This document shows, piece after piece, positions 23,969 to 32,923 of a DNA stretch of 64,000 nt (positions are counted from its first letter, which is position 1; each line of letters opens with the position of its first letter). Under the pieces are notes generated by a model. That model saw only the letters and a program-made list of their open reading frames with translations. It had not been told where the DNA came from and did no database searches. Source of the DNA: Sulfurospirillaceae bacterium (GTDB lineage: Bacteria > Campylobacterota > Campylobacteria > Campylobacterales > Sulfurospirillaceae); assembly GCA_033723415.1 (NCBI GenBank), contig JAWVXD010000010.1:11797-75796 (forward strand), given 5' to 3'. A program made the translations under genes and the position numbers.

Positions 23969-25111
23969 TTAAAGTGGATTATGAGGATAATCGGGGTCAC
24001 GCTCTTGAAATGATAAGATCAAAGGATTTTGAATCACACCGCTATTGATACAAATCGCTCTTCGTATCGTCTCGTTTAGACTCCAACTTTCCCTACCCTC
24101 AAGCACAGTTTTCATGTACACGATCAAAGCTGCCGATATAGATCTTGTTGCGCTTTCCCATAGATAACTTGGAGTGTGATCCACAGCGTAGTAATCAACC
24201 GTTTTGTATTTGAACATCGGGTCCTCAAAAGTTGTAGGTTTTGCAAAAAAGAAACCCATCCCCTCATCACAACTCACATCAATGATCAAGCTGTTTGGCT
24301 TCAGACATGAGCTCTCTTCTTCAATTACATAATTCATAGGATTTTGCGTTTCTTGAAAGGTTCCGTTCACTATGATATCTGATTCACTTATTAAATCAAC
24401 AAGCGCTCTTGTAGCTCCGTCGTGTTCCACTATCAACATGCGCGCCTCACCCTCGCCGCCTTCTACGATCTTGACATAGTGACAATCGAGCACTTCTTCA
24501 CGCACTTCATGATCTGGTCTTTGGATACAGATAGTAATATCTCTAAATCCATGTGCTTTAAGAGCATATATCGCACCTCTGCTAACTGCACCAAAACTAA
24601 AAATAATCACCTTGCGCTGATTACCGTAATGCCCATCGATTCCTTTTAACTGCAAAGCATGAAGTACGGCACAATAACCTGCCATTTCGTTATTTTTATA
24701 AAATGTATGACGACCTATACATCCCTCAGGTGACCAAACGAACATATCTTCAAAAGCGATAAGCGTAAGTTTTCGATCGATCGCTGCTTGAGTGATATCT
24801 CTTTGTTGTACACAATGCACATATCCCCATAAAATCCCACCTTCTTTAAGCTCTAACAGATCTGATAGTATTGGCTTAGTGATGATCACATTACCGATGT
24901 CTGCGAGTATCTCATGTCGCGAGGCAATACCACCGCTTTGAGCTGCAATATCAGTATCAGAGATACCAAACGGCGCGCCGTATCCCTCTTCAAATATAAG
25001 TTTAGAGCGAATCTCTTCCGGAATACGGGAGAGATGCTCCGGATGAATCGGCAAACGTCTTTCATCCTCTTTTTTTGAAGTCCCGATGACGCCTACTCTA
25101 AAATTATTCAT
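23969..25111 (-). CDS. N(5)-(carboxyethyl)ornithine synthase-like, AlaDH/PNT superfamily
   Basis: KEDERRLPIHP, EEGYG, FYKNNEMAGY, FGAVSRGA, IIDVSCD, YAVDHTPS. Confidence 0.8.
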   Translation of the reverse strand: MNNFRVGVIGTSKKEDERRLPIHPEHLSRIPEEIRSKLIFEEGYGAPFGISDTDIAAQSGGIASRHEILADIGNVIITKPILSDLLELKEGGILWGYVHCVQQRDITQAAIDRKLTLIAFEDMFVWSPEGCIGRHTFYKNNEMAGYCAVLHALQLKGIDGHYGNQRKVIIFSFGAVSRGAIYALKAHGFRDITICIQRPDHEVREEVLDCHYVKIVEGGEGEARMLIVEHDGATRALVDLISESDIIVNGTFQETQNPMNYVIEEESSCLKPNSLIIDVSCDEGMGFFFAKPTTFEDPMFKYKTVDYYAVDHTPSYLWESATRSISAALIVYMKTVLEGRESWSLNETIRRAICINSGVIQNPLILSFQERDPDYPHNPL

Positions 25112-25396
25112 GTGTTTCCTTTTTGTTTATACGTGACTTCAAATGCGAGTTAAGATTCGCCAACAGGCTGCTTTTTAGTGACTGTAGACTAGGTAGAATA
25201 GAAACTTTTTAGTTGTAATATGTTTATTTTTGCTTTTAGGAGATCGAGAAAACGATATTATAATAAAGCGTAAGTATCACGTTGTTATATTCATTATAGC
25301 TGAATTTATGAGTAATTGTGCAAATGCTTGGCTTTCAAATGATTTGCTTGTCGTTATTGTGCCAAAGGAATCAAGCAGAAGGATCCTTTTGATTCA

Positions 25397-25807
25397 TTAA
25401 TTTATATTGAGAATCGCATAAATCAAAAAGAGGAAACCTCCCCCATAGATAATCGAAAAAGAGATGATGCCAAAGATAGTTTGTATCAAAGATATTTCTT
25501 TACGCCCAAAACATTTTGCCATTTGCAACGCTTCTTTTCGGCTTGTAATTTTTGTAATCAATTTGCCGGGATATCTTTGCGACAAATCAATTCTGGCGAT
25601 GATTTGATCATGATAAAAAGAAACTTCTGGGTATTTCTCTGCAAACCCATCCACAACTGATGCTCGTAGATGATGAAGTTCATCTTGTACCTCTGCATCA
25701 GCTGTGTTTGCGTATTTTTCACATTTTTTGAGATAGATGTTTTCTATCTCAACCACTAATTCTTCAGGCCAATTAGGCTGCGTGCTTTTCACTTGGTTAA
25801 TGTGCAT
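25397..25807 (-). CDS. hypothetical protein with C-terminal TM
   Basis: 136-aa ORF abutting the upstream stop codon. Confidence 0.6.
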   Translation of the reverse strand: MHINQVKSTQPNWPEELVVEIENIYLKKCEKYANTADAEVQDELHHLRASVVDGFAEKYPEVSFYHDQIIARIDLSQRYPGKLITKITSRKEALQMAKCFGRKEISLIQTIFGIISFSIIYGGGFLFLIYAILNIN

Positions 25808-26155
25808 TTATTTGTGGTATATGATACCGATGTTTGCAAGATACATCCAAATAGCGACGCCCACTATGATGAAACTCCAATATTGAAGCGGGATCCAAAA
25901 CATCGAATGTGTTGTTTTTAACTCAACCATTTCATTGTTTTTTGGGTCTATTAAAACTCTTCCCTGTCGGTTGTTGAGTTTATACCCAACAAAATAAACA
26001 AGCAACGCCGACAAAACCAAGACCAAAGGCATACCCCAAGCACTTGCTTTGTAAAAACCCGCACCCAATACGACATTAAACCCCTCTTCTATGAGCAATG
26101 AACACAACAATGGGATAATGAGAGCCAAAATACCCCAACCCTTCCAAATAATCAT
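25808..26155 (-). CDS. hypothetical 3-TM membrane protein
   Basis: MIIWKGWG...HSMFWIPLQYW; AAGGA RBS. Confidence 0.75.
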   Translation of the reverse strand: MIIWKGWGILALIIPLLCSLLIEEGFNVVLGAGFYKASAWGMPLVLVLSALLVYFVGYKLNNRQGRVLIDPKNNEMVELKTTHSMFWIPLQYWSFIIVGVAIWMYLANIGIIYHK

Positions 26156-26315
26156 GACGTATCCTTCGTACTGTTATTCGCAGTTATTTTTCGGTAAATA
26201 TTATATATAAATAATTCTTAACGATTTCTCTTTTAAATAGAATTTCGATGTAACCTTCAAGATATTTAACAACTCTACCTAATACTATAACCTTTTCATC
26301 AGAAACACTACAGTG

Positions 26316-26453
26316 CAAGATCCCAGATTTATACGCAGATAGAGCAAGAAGTATCGGCTTGGTGATGGTCCCTTTACTGTCGTCGGTTAGTATCTCATGT
26401 CGTGATGCAATACCGTCCTTCTAAGTTGCAATTTCATCATTAGAGATACCAAA
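26316..26453 (-). pseudogene. degenerate fragment of a second carboxyethyl-ornithine synthase-like gene
   Basis: translates FGISNDEIAT*KDGIASRHEILTDDSKGTITKPILLALSAYKSGIL versus FGISDTDIAAQSGGIASRHEILADIGNVIITKPILSDLLELKEGGIL in 23969..25111. Confidence 0.85.
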
Positions 26454-26536
26454 TGTGAGTAGGTATTAAGATGATATTTCCATTCTCGTACCAAGATGAG
26501 AAGAAAAAGCAACTTACCCATTTCTTATTTGTTATT

Positions 26537-26555
26537 AATAATGATTATCATTGAT
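26537..26555 (+). promoter_or_regulatory. Fur box upstream of flavodoxin
   Basis: AATAATGATTATCATTGAT, 14/19 match to GATAATGATAATCATTATC; perfect AATGAT-N-ATCATT core. Confidence 0.75.
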
Positions 26556-26615
26556 ATTTGTTTAAGCAGTAATGTTATATATATGAGTAAATTTGAATTA
26601 AAGAAAGGAGACATT

Positions 26616-27116
26616 ATGGCAACAGCAATATTTTATGCAACTGATACAGGACACACTGAAGATGTAGCTAAGAAAATAGCAAAAAAGTTAGATAACATTG
26701 AAATATTTGATATCTCAGTCACCTCAATCAAAAATATAAAAGAGTATGATAAATTAATATTTGGTATTTCAACTTGGGGAGAAGGTGATCTTCAAGAGGA
26801 TTGGGAAGATATTATTGATGAATTTAGCAAGATTGACTTGAACGGCACAACAGTAGCATTGTTTGGACTTGGGGATCAAGACAGTTATGGCGATACTTTC
26901 GTTGATGCCATGGGGACACTATATGAGAAAGTATTAGCGATGGGAGCTACGGTCATCGGTGCATTTGATATAGACAGTGATTATGAATATGAAAGTTCAA
27001 CGGCTGTCGTTGATGGAAAATTTGTTGGTTTGGCGTTAGATGAAGACAATCAAGAAGAGTTGAGCGACAAAAGGATTGACCTCTGGATCGCCCAAATAAA
27101 AGATCAAATTTTATAG
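26616..27116 (+). CDS. fldA: long-chain flavodoxin
   Basis: YATDTGHTE, STWGEG, FGLGDQ, FVGLALDEDNQ; AAGGAG RBS. Confidence 0.93.
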   Translation: MATAIFYATDTGHTEDVAKKIAKKLDNIEIFDISVTSIKNIKEYDKLIFGISTWGEGDLQEDWEDIIDEFSKIDLNGTTVALFGLGDQDSYGDTFVDAMGTLYEKVLAMGATVIGAFDIDSDYEYESSTAVVDGKFVGLALDEDNQEELSDKRIDLWIAQIKDQIL

Positions 27117-27130
27117 AAATTTTTCAGTGA

Positions 27131-27156
27131 GACAAGGAGAACCTCATCTCCTTGTC
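27131..27156. terminator. hairpin between convergent fldA and sodB
   Basis: gacaaggaga/tctccttgtc 10-bp IR. Confidence 0.7.
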
Positions 27157-27174
27157 CATTACTTGGAAATCGGT

Positions 27175-27762
27175 TTACTTTTTCGCATCTGAGAGATTAT
27201 CTGAAACAAATTTCCAGTTTATAATCTGCCACCAGTTTTCAAGATAATCGGCTCTTGCGTTACGATAATCTACATAATATGCATGCTCCCAAACATCACA
27301 TGTCAGCAAAGGCGTCTCATCATGATGTAGAGGATTATCTGCGTTTGAAAACTGCTCTATGGCAAGTTTCCCTTCTTTGTTCAACACGAGCCAAACCCAT
27401 CCTGAGCCGAAAAGTGCCGCAGCTTTAGCTAAAAATGATTTTTTTAAATCTTCCATTGAACCAAAATCACGTTTTACTAAATCAGCCAATTTCGTAGAAA
27501 CATCGCTTGGTATCGGACTAAGTCCATACCAATAAAAATTGTGATTATATACCTGAGCGGCATTGTTAAAAATTCCGCCGGTAGCATTTTGAACAATATC
27601 TTCAAGTGATTTGTTTGCAAATTCTGTACCCTCGATCAAGGCATTGAGCTTGTTAACATATCCGGCATGATGTTTGCCGTAGTGATAAGATATAGTTTCA
27701 GACGATATATTAGGTTCTAACGCTGTTTCCTTATAAGGTAACTTCATCAATTCAAACTTCAT
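27175..27762 (-). CDS. sodB: Fe superoxide dismutase
   Basis: HYGKHH, FNNAAQVYNH (Fe-type AAQ), FGSGW, DVWEHAYY. Confidence 0.95.
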   Translation of the reverse strand: MKFELMKLPYKETALEPNISSETISYHYGKHHAGYVNKLNALIEGTEFANKSLEDIVQNATGGIFNNAAQVYNHNFYWYGLSPIPSDVSTKLADLVKRDFGSMEDLKKSFLAKAAALFGSGWVWLVLNKEGKLAIEQFSNADNPLHHDETPLLTCDVWEHAYYVDYRNARADYLENWWQIINWKFVSDNLSDAKK

Positions 27763-28014
27763 TTTAAACTCCTTTGCATTTAATGTCTTATTATTCATCC
27801 TAACTGAAAAAATCTGAGAAGTTACAAAAGATAATAGATTAATTTATATATTACAAAAATCAAATATGATAACTCTTCAGAATTTTGTCAAACTTAATAT
27901 ACATCGCTTTAATTATCATATGTCTACTTAACTAAATGACCATGGCAGTATAATTTCTTATAAATATTTTTTCAGCAAACACATCTAGAGTTTTTTTTAT
28001 TCTACGTAACCTAG

Positions 28015-28332
28015 TTACATACAATAATCCCGTTCTACTCTGGAGATTCTTGTTTTGAACGATGAATACCACATCTTATGCCCTAGCTTTTGTGCTTCTA
28101 AATGTGCTATGTTGGCTTTCCAATTTTTGATAGATTCAAGGTCTTTCCAATAAGAAACGGTAATTCCGACATCTGCCCTCGCAGACTCGATCCCTAGAAA
28201 TCCAGGTTGCCTCAGAGCAAGTTGTACCATTTTGGCGGCCATCTTGTTGTACCCATTATCACCATATGTACGAATTGAAGTAAAAATCACTGCATAATAC
28301 GGTGGTTCTGGAGTTGGAGCTATTAGTGACAT
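28015..28332 (-). CDS. antibiotic biosynthesis monooxygenase (ABM) family protein
   Basis: PPYYAVIFTS, QPGFLG, ITVSYW, HLEAQ..G..WY. Confidence 0.88.
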   Translation of the reverse strand: MSLIAPTPEPPYYAVIFTSIRTYGDNGYNKMAAKMVQLALRQPGFLGIESARADVGITVSYWKDLESIKNWKANIAHLEAQKLGHKMWYSSFKTRISRVERDYCM

Positions 28333-28519
28333 AGGAACTCCTTTTCCTGTTTTTATAATTTACTTGATGATTATTTTAACTCATTTTTTGCGAAATATCA
28401 ATCTTAACTTATAAATTACATAAAAAAATAAGATAAATCAATACTTTCAGAAACCAACTCTTACCAGTATTTTAATTTTTTAATGCTAATATCACATACA
28501 TAAAACCTGAAGGAACTCA

Positions 28520-29014
28520 ATGCAATATGACATGACAAAAATAGCCAATGTGATTCTATATATGCTACACAAGCAAGTCAAACACCTCAATGATAAAAAA
28601 CTTTCCATCATGCTTTTTTTGATAGACTACAATCACCTAAAATATTGTGGAGATAAGATATTTGGTGATGAATATATCAAAAATACGAGACATCCTGAAC
28701 CAAAGATACTCAGTGAACTTTTTGATATCATAGCAAACGAAGAAGATTTGGCAGAAGATGACGAGAGACTATATCTGATCCAAGAGTTATTGGACTATCT
28801 GGATATAGAAGTGGTAGATAAAGATAGATTTGTAGAACTTAAATTTATAAAAATGGACGAAGAATTCGATGACACTCTTTTTTCAAAAGATGAGTTGAAG
28901 ACCATACATAAAATCGTAAGTGAACATCTTGATTCTAGTCCTAGAAATACTGCAAATGCTTGTTTTCAGATAGAAGAAGTAAGAAAAGCTGAACAAGGAG
29001 ATGTGATAATTTAA
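28520..29014 (+). CDS. Panacea/DUF4065 (SocA-like antitoxin) domain protein
   Basis: KIANVILY..KKLSIMLFLIDYNH...G..IFGDEY....PEP resembles the Panacea N-terminal pattern; FSKDE..I. Confidence 0.65.
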   Translation: MQYDMTKIANVILYMLHKQVKHLNDKKLSIMLFLIDYNHLKYCGDKIFGDEYIKNTRHPEPKILSELFDIIANEEDLAEDDERLYLIQELLDYLDIEVVDKDRFVELKFIKMDEEFDDTLFSKDELKTIHKIVSEHLDSSPRNTANACFQIEEVRKAEQGDVII

Positions 29015-29023
29015 TCACATCTC
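28998..29023 (+). terminator. hairpin overlapping the stop of the Panacea-like gene
   Basis: gagatgtgat/atcacatctc 10-bp IR. Confidence 0.55.
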
Positions 29024-29135
29024 TACTCAAAATAACATTTTTCTGCATTTATACTACCTTTTTTACCCTTTTTATGACATTCTAAAAACAACTATTTTGT
29101 GATATAATCAGTTATAACACATAAAGGAGGAGAGA

Positions 29136-30005
29136 ATGCTACAAGATATTTTTGCCAAGAAACATATCGTATGGGTGCGACTGATGTATGCAAGTATCAT
29201 AGCAAAAAACAGTGAGAGCGTCAGGATGTTTGAAAGCTTCGAATCAACAGAATTTAAACATTTAAAATGGTTGGCAGGAACTATCATGGAAGAGTATCGT
29301 GATTTTGATTATGAAAATGCTACAGAAGATACCGTCCTAGCTAAAACTTTTGATTTTGATCGGGAAATTCCGGCTATAGAGCATGATTTTAATGAACTTA
29401 TAAAAACGATCACGGATGAGCTCAAAATACTCTCTGAATCGTATGAAAAAGATTTTAAATATCGTGAGCGATTTGCGAGTGATGAATCATACTTTATACA
29501 CAGAATTGAGAAGATGCAAAATGGCATAGGTTTTGAATCTTTTGACTCCTTTGGAGCTACGGCTGAGGATATTGCCAAAAGATACAATATACAAAACGAT
29601 GATGCAGCCTATGTCAAAGAAACTCTTGGGAAACTTCTAGACAAAGAATATAAAAACGTTTTGAGCTTTTTTTATATCATCACGCATTTAGAAAACAAAA
29701 AATACACAGATCCTTTGAGCGATCTTATGTATGAGTCGATATCACATATGAAATATTATGCGATACTGATGTCTTCTCTTGGTATTTTGAGGTTGCCAAA
29801 TATTGCGCCAAAGGCGGATTATATGATCGGTGATTTGGTTGAATTTTTAAACAAAAATATACAAGAAGAGATTGAAGAAGTGACACAAATGGAACAAATT
29901 GTGTCAAAAACCAAGGTCGATGAATTTAAAAAATTACTTCAATTCATACAAAAACAAGAAGAACATCATGTATTGATATTGCAGTACATACGAAGAAATC
30001 TTTAG
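29136..30005 (+). CDS. ferritin-like (diiron four-helix) protein, apparently two tandem domains
   Basis: ExxH motifs EFKH, ESISH, EEHH; own TGATATAAT extended -10 and AAGGAGG RBS. Confidence 0.7.
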   Translation: MLQDIFAKKHIVWVRLMYASIIAKNSESVRMFESFESTEFKHLKWLAGTIMEEYRDFDYENATEDTVLAKTFDFDREIPAIEHDFNELIKTITDELKILSESYEKDFKYRERFASDESYFIHRIEKMQNGIGFESFDSFGATAEDIAKRYNIQNDDAAYVKETLGKLLDKEYKNVLSFFYIITHLENKKYTDPLSDLMYESISHMKYYAILMSSLGILRLPNIAPKADYMIGDLVEFLNKNIQEEIEEVTQMEQIVSKTKVDEFKKLLQFIQKQEEHHVLILQYIRRNL

Positions 30006-30071
30006 TTTCACGATAGATCACAGAAGCTTCTTTTCTGGGGAGGGGAGAAGTAAAAATTTCTAATTGAGATA

Positions 30072-30566
30072 TTATTTCAAAGAGTATTCAAATCTCTGTT
30101 CCTTAACTTCTGTTCCCCATTGACTTCCTCTTTGCTCGAAAACAAGCTTGAACCCTGCTCTTTCATACAGATGCCTTGCAGCAGGAAGCCCTTCAAATGT
30201 CCATAAATATATCTTGTCATATTCTTTACTTTTACAAAAACCAATAACCGTCTCAATCAACTGTTTACCTACACCTCTGCCTCGTAATGCATCAGATACT
30301 ATAAACCATCGCAAATGCGCCCCTTTGCTTTTGCTATGAATTCCATCTAACGTTATCGTACCTTCAACACGCCCATCTACCGATACAGTCCAAAAGCCAT
30401 CTCGATTTTCGTCATATCTTTTTAAAAATTCAGCAAGTTCTCCTGCCACTTTGGCTTCAAAAAAGAGTCCGAATCCCCAATGTTCATGGTAGTATGAACC
30501 ATGAAGTTCAACAACTCTACCCATGGAACCCGGGACATAACCTTTGACTATCTTGATCTCTGACAT
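30072..30566 (-). CDS. GNAT N-acetyltransferase
   Basis: LRWFIV..RGRGVG, LWTF, ARHLYERAGF. Confidence 0.9.
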   Translation of the reverse strand: MSEIKIVKGYVPGSMGRVVELHGSYYHEHWGFGLFFEAKVAGELAEFLKRYDENRDGFWTVSVDGRVEGTITLDGIHSKSKGAHLRWFIVSDALRGRGVGKQLIETVIGFCKSKEYDKIYLWTFEGLPAARHLYERAGFKLVFEQRGSQWGTEVKEQRFEYSLK

Positions 30567-30688
30567 ACAAACCTCCGTGTTTTCACATGAGCTGTAATTT
30601 TACAGTATTTTTATAAATTTTATATCGCTTAAAAGCTGTTTTAACTTAACTAATAGTAAAATATCTCTATCCTATCATGAGAGACACA

Positions 30689-31429
30689 ATGCGATTAACA
30701 CAAACTCAGATCAATGAATTTGATAAATCAGGATTTATCATACTTAGAAATTTCGCAGATTCAAAACTATGCGATGCTATGCTTCTAAAAGCCAAAGAGC
30801 ATTTGGAAAACAAAACAGCTCCAATCGAAAGTGAGCAAGAATATCTGCAAAAAGACGATTCAAAGATAACAGTGCGAAGATTGAGGCAAGTTTACAACAG
30901 AGAAGAGATATTTCAAACATGGATGAAAAATCCGCAGATCAGAGATATCTTGAGAGAACTTTTGCACGATACTCCTGTATTGACGCTCGCACATCACAAC
31001 TCTATCATGACCAAAATGCCAAAAGAGAGCTCACGAACATTTTGGCATCAAGATGCCAGATACTGGAGTTATGAAAACGATAATCTCATCTCAGTCTGGC
31101 TGGCACTGGGTGATGAATATCTAGACAACGGTCTTTTAGAATTTATCCCGGGATCGCATAAGATGACCTTCGCTAAAGATCAGTTTGACGCACAAAGTAA
31201 TTTTATAGACGAACACCCTGAAAATCAAAAATTGATCCAGACCAAAGTACACTCAAATCTATCCAAAGGCGATGTCGTACTGTTTCACTGCAAAACACTG
31301 CATCATGCCAACAAAAATATAACGAATGAGCCAAAGATATCATTTGTTTATACGACCAGAGGACTTCACAACAAACCCATCAAGAACACTCGAAGTGACT
31401 TTGATGAAGTAATATTAGACGAATGCTAG
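30689..31429 (+). CDS. phytanoyl-CoA dioxygenase (PhyH) family Fe(II)/2OG enzyme
   Basis: WHQD, NGLLEFIPGSH, GDVVLFH..TLH. Confidence 0.9.
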   Translation: MRLTQTQINEFDKSGFIILRNFADSKLCDAMLLKAKEHLENKTAPIESEQEYLQKDDSKITVRRLRQVYNREEIFQTWMKNPQIRDILRELLHDTPVLTLAHHNSIMTKMPKESSRTFWHQDARYWSYENDNLISVWLALGDEYLDNGLLEFIPGSHKMTFAKDQFDAQSNFIDEHPENQKLIQTKVHSNLSKGDVVLFHCKTLHHANKNITNEPKISFVYTTRGLHNKPIKNTRSDFDEVILDEC

Positions 31430-31442
31430 AGAACCCTTAACC

Positions 31443-31931
31443 CTATGTAACGCCTGAGTAATCTCTAAGTGCATTTCTTGAAGCTCTATCTACGAGTGTA
31501 AAAAACTTATCAATATCATCTTTGTCATCTTTTGGCTTATGCCCTTTGACTTTCATAAATCGGCATTTTAACGTATCCGTGATCTTATAAAATTCACGGT
31601 AGAGTTCGTGATTTGCTATCTTTTTATTTTTAGATGTCATATAATCATGAGCTTCAAGTTTTTCTCGTCTGGCGTGTAAGCCTAAGATATTTTGGCAGTC
31701 TGTAAAAACTACCAATGCTCCGACTTGAGGATGAATCTCTTTTAGAGCCCACAATAATGTCTCGATCTCAAGTTTTGTAGAGGATGTGACTTCAAACTTT
31801 TTGATTTTTATATTTTGTTTCAAAGATATATCATAATCATCATCTTCGCTTACAAGTAAATACGCCCCAAAGCCTATGTTCTTGCGTGGATCAACACTAC
31901 CGTCGGTAAATAAAAATTGCTTTTGTTTCAT
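31443..31931 (-). CDS. ribonuclease HI-like protein
   Basis: FTDGS, STKLE, FTDCQ, KVKGH, VDRASR (D-E-D-D set). Confidence 0.85.
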   Translation of the reverse strand: MKQKQFLFTDGSVDPRKNIGFGAYLLVSEDDDYDISLKQNIKIKKFEVTSSTKLEIETLLWALKEIHPQVGALVVFTDCQNILGLHARREKLEAHDYMTSKNKKIANHELYREFYKITDTLKCRFMKVKGHKPKDDKDDIDKFFTLVDRASRNALRDYSGVT

Positions 31932-31966
31932 CGGATAAGTATATCATATACTTATCCGATTTTTTT
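31930..31966. promoter_or_regulatory. 14-bp perfect palindrome containing an extended -10 for the RNase H gene, with a plus-strand T-tail
   Basis: atcggataagtata-tca-tatacttatccgat; minus strand reads TGA-TATACT-6 nt-ATG. Confidence 0.7.
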
Positions 31967-31984
31967 ACTGTATCTTTTTCTAAT

Positions 31985-32299
31985 TTAATCTATAGTTTCA
32001 TAAACTTCGACTTCAGGACGACCGCTAAACCAATCTCTTGGCGGCATATTTTCATGTGATTTTGAGAAAGCATCACTTTTTGTATAATCTAAAAAACTTT
32101 TCATATCGTTCCAAGTCGTCTTTATAGTAAAATTGTTAGCTTCAGAAACATGAGGCATATGTTGTGGAGCTAAAAGCTTCATATCTATGAAACCAGGTTG
32201 TTCTTCAACTTGATGTTTTGTTACTGCATCTTTGATATGAACAGAATATTGCTCATTAAACTCTAGTTTGATTGGAAATTTTGTTAAAACTATTACCAT
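31985..32299 (-). CDS. ABM-family protein, IsdG/HmoA-like heme-degrading monooxygenase candidate
   Basis: QPGF, TTW, YTKSDAFSKSH resembles the WxxSxxFxxxH motif. Confidence 0.7.
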   Translation of the reverse strand: MVIVLTKFPIKLEFNEQYSVHIKDAVTKHQVEEQPGFIDMKLLAPQHMPHVSEANNFTIKTTWNDMKSFLDYTKSDAFSKSHENMPPRDWFSGRPEVEVYETID

Positions 32300-32442
32300 T
32301 TTAATCCTTTTGTAAAATATGATAGATCCGACCATACGTCCTATCAAAAAAAATTATAACCAAGTACTTCAAATGGATCATAAATCAATGCAAATTAAAC
32401 ATAATTATCCTACAATTTCATTCAGAAGATTAGAGGATTATT

Positions 32443-32892
32443 ATGAATTGGTTATTATACACGCACCTTATCGCGGCTATGGCATGGATCGGTGGTTCGA
32501 TCTTTATGTTTGCTTTGGGGTTATCCCTTAAAGATAAAGAAAAACAACAAGCAGTATATCCTGTCATCGGACCTATCTTTGGATATTTTGAGATGGCATC
32601 ACTTTTTGTTTTGATCGTAACCGGAGCTTGGATAGCATATGACGCAGGATTGCTTGCTTCTTTATTCCAGGGAAGTCATAGCAAGATAGTAGATATCTTA
32701 AGAACAAAACTATGGATAGTTTTTGCGATTCTCATCGCATCAGTTCTTCATTTCTACATCGCACTTAAAACCAACACATCACAAAGAAGTAAGCTGGAAA
32801 ATCTCATATCCCGCGGTTCGTCTTTGCTTATTTTCTTTTTGAATCTAGCTGTGGTTTATTTTGCTATACTGATTAGAACTATCATTAATTAA
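32443..32892 (+). CDS. 4-TM CopD-like membrane protein
   Basis: HLIAAMAWIGG, LIVTG, K-L in TM3, H in TM3. Confidence 0.65.
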   Translation: MNWLLYTHLIAAMAWIGGSIFMFALGLSLKDKEKQQAVYPVIGPIFGYFEMASLFVLIVTGAWIAYDAGLLASLFQGSHSKIVDILRTKLWIVFAILIASVLHFYIALKTNTSQRSKLENLISRGSSLLIFFLNLAVVYFAILIRTIIN

Positions 32893-32923
32893 ACAAATAC
32901 TGAAATGCCGCATACAGTTTAGC

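Noticed and set aside
25112..25300. Known riboswitch upstream of the synthase-like gene
   Set aside because: No recognisable consensus for any riboswitch class I know; only a small hairpin.
27935..28010. Possible plus-strand sRNA from TATAAT at ~27949, divergent from sodB
   Set aside because: No terminator hairpin or RBS; TATAAT arises by chance in such AT-rich DNA.
32374..32388. Fnr/Nss-like site TGGATCATAAATCAA between the ABM and CopD-like genes
   Set aside because: Spacing is one base too long, one arm mismatches, and it is not at -41.5 for either candidate -10.
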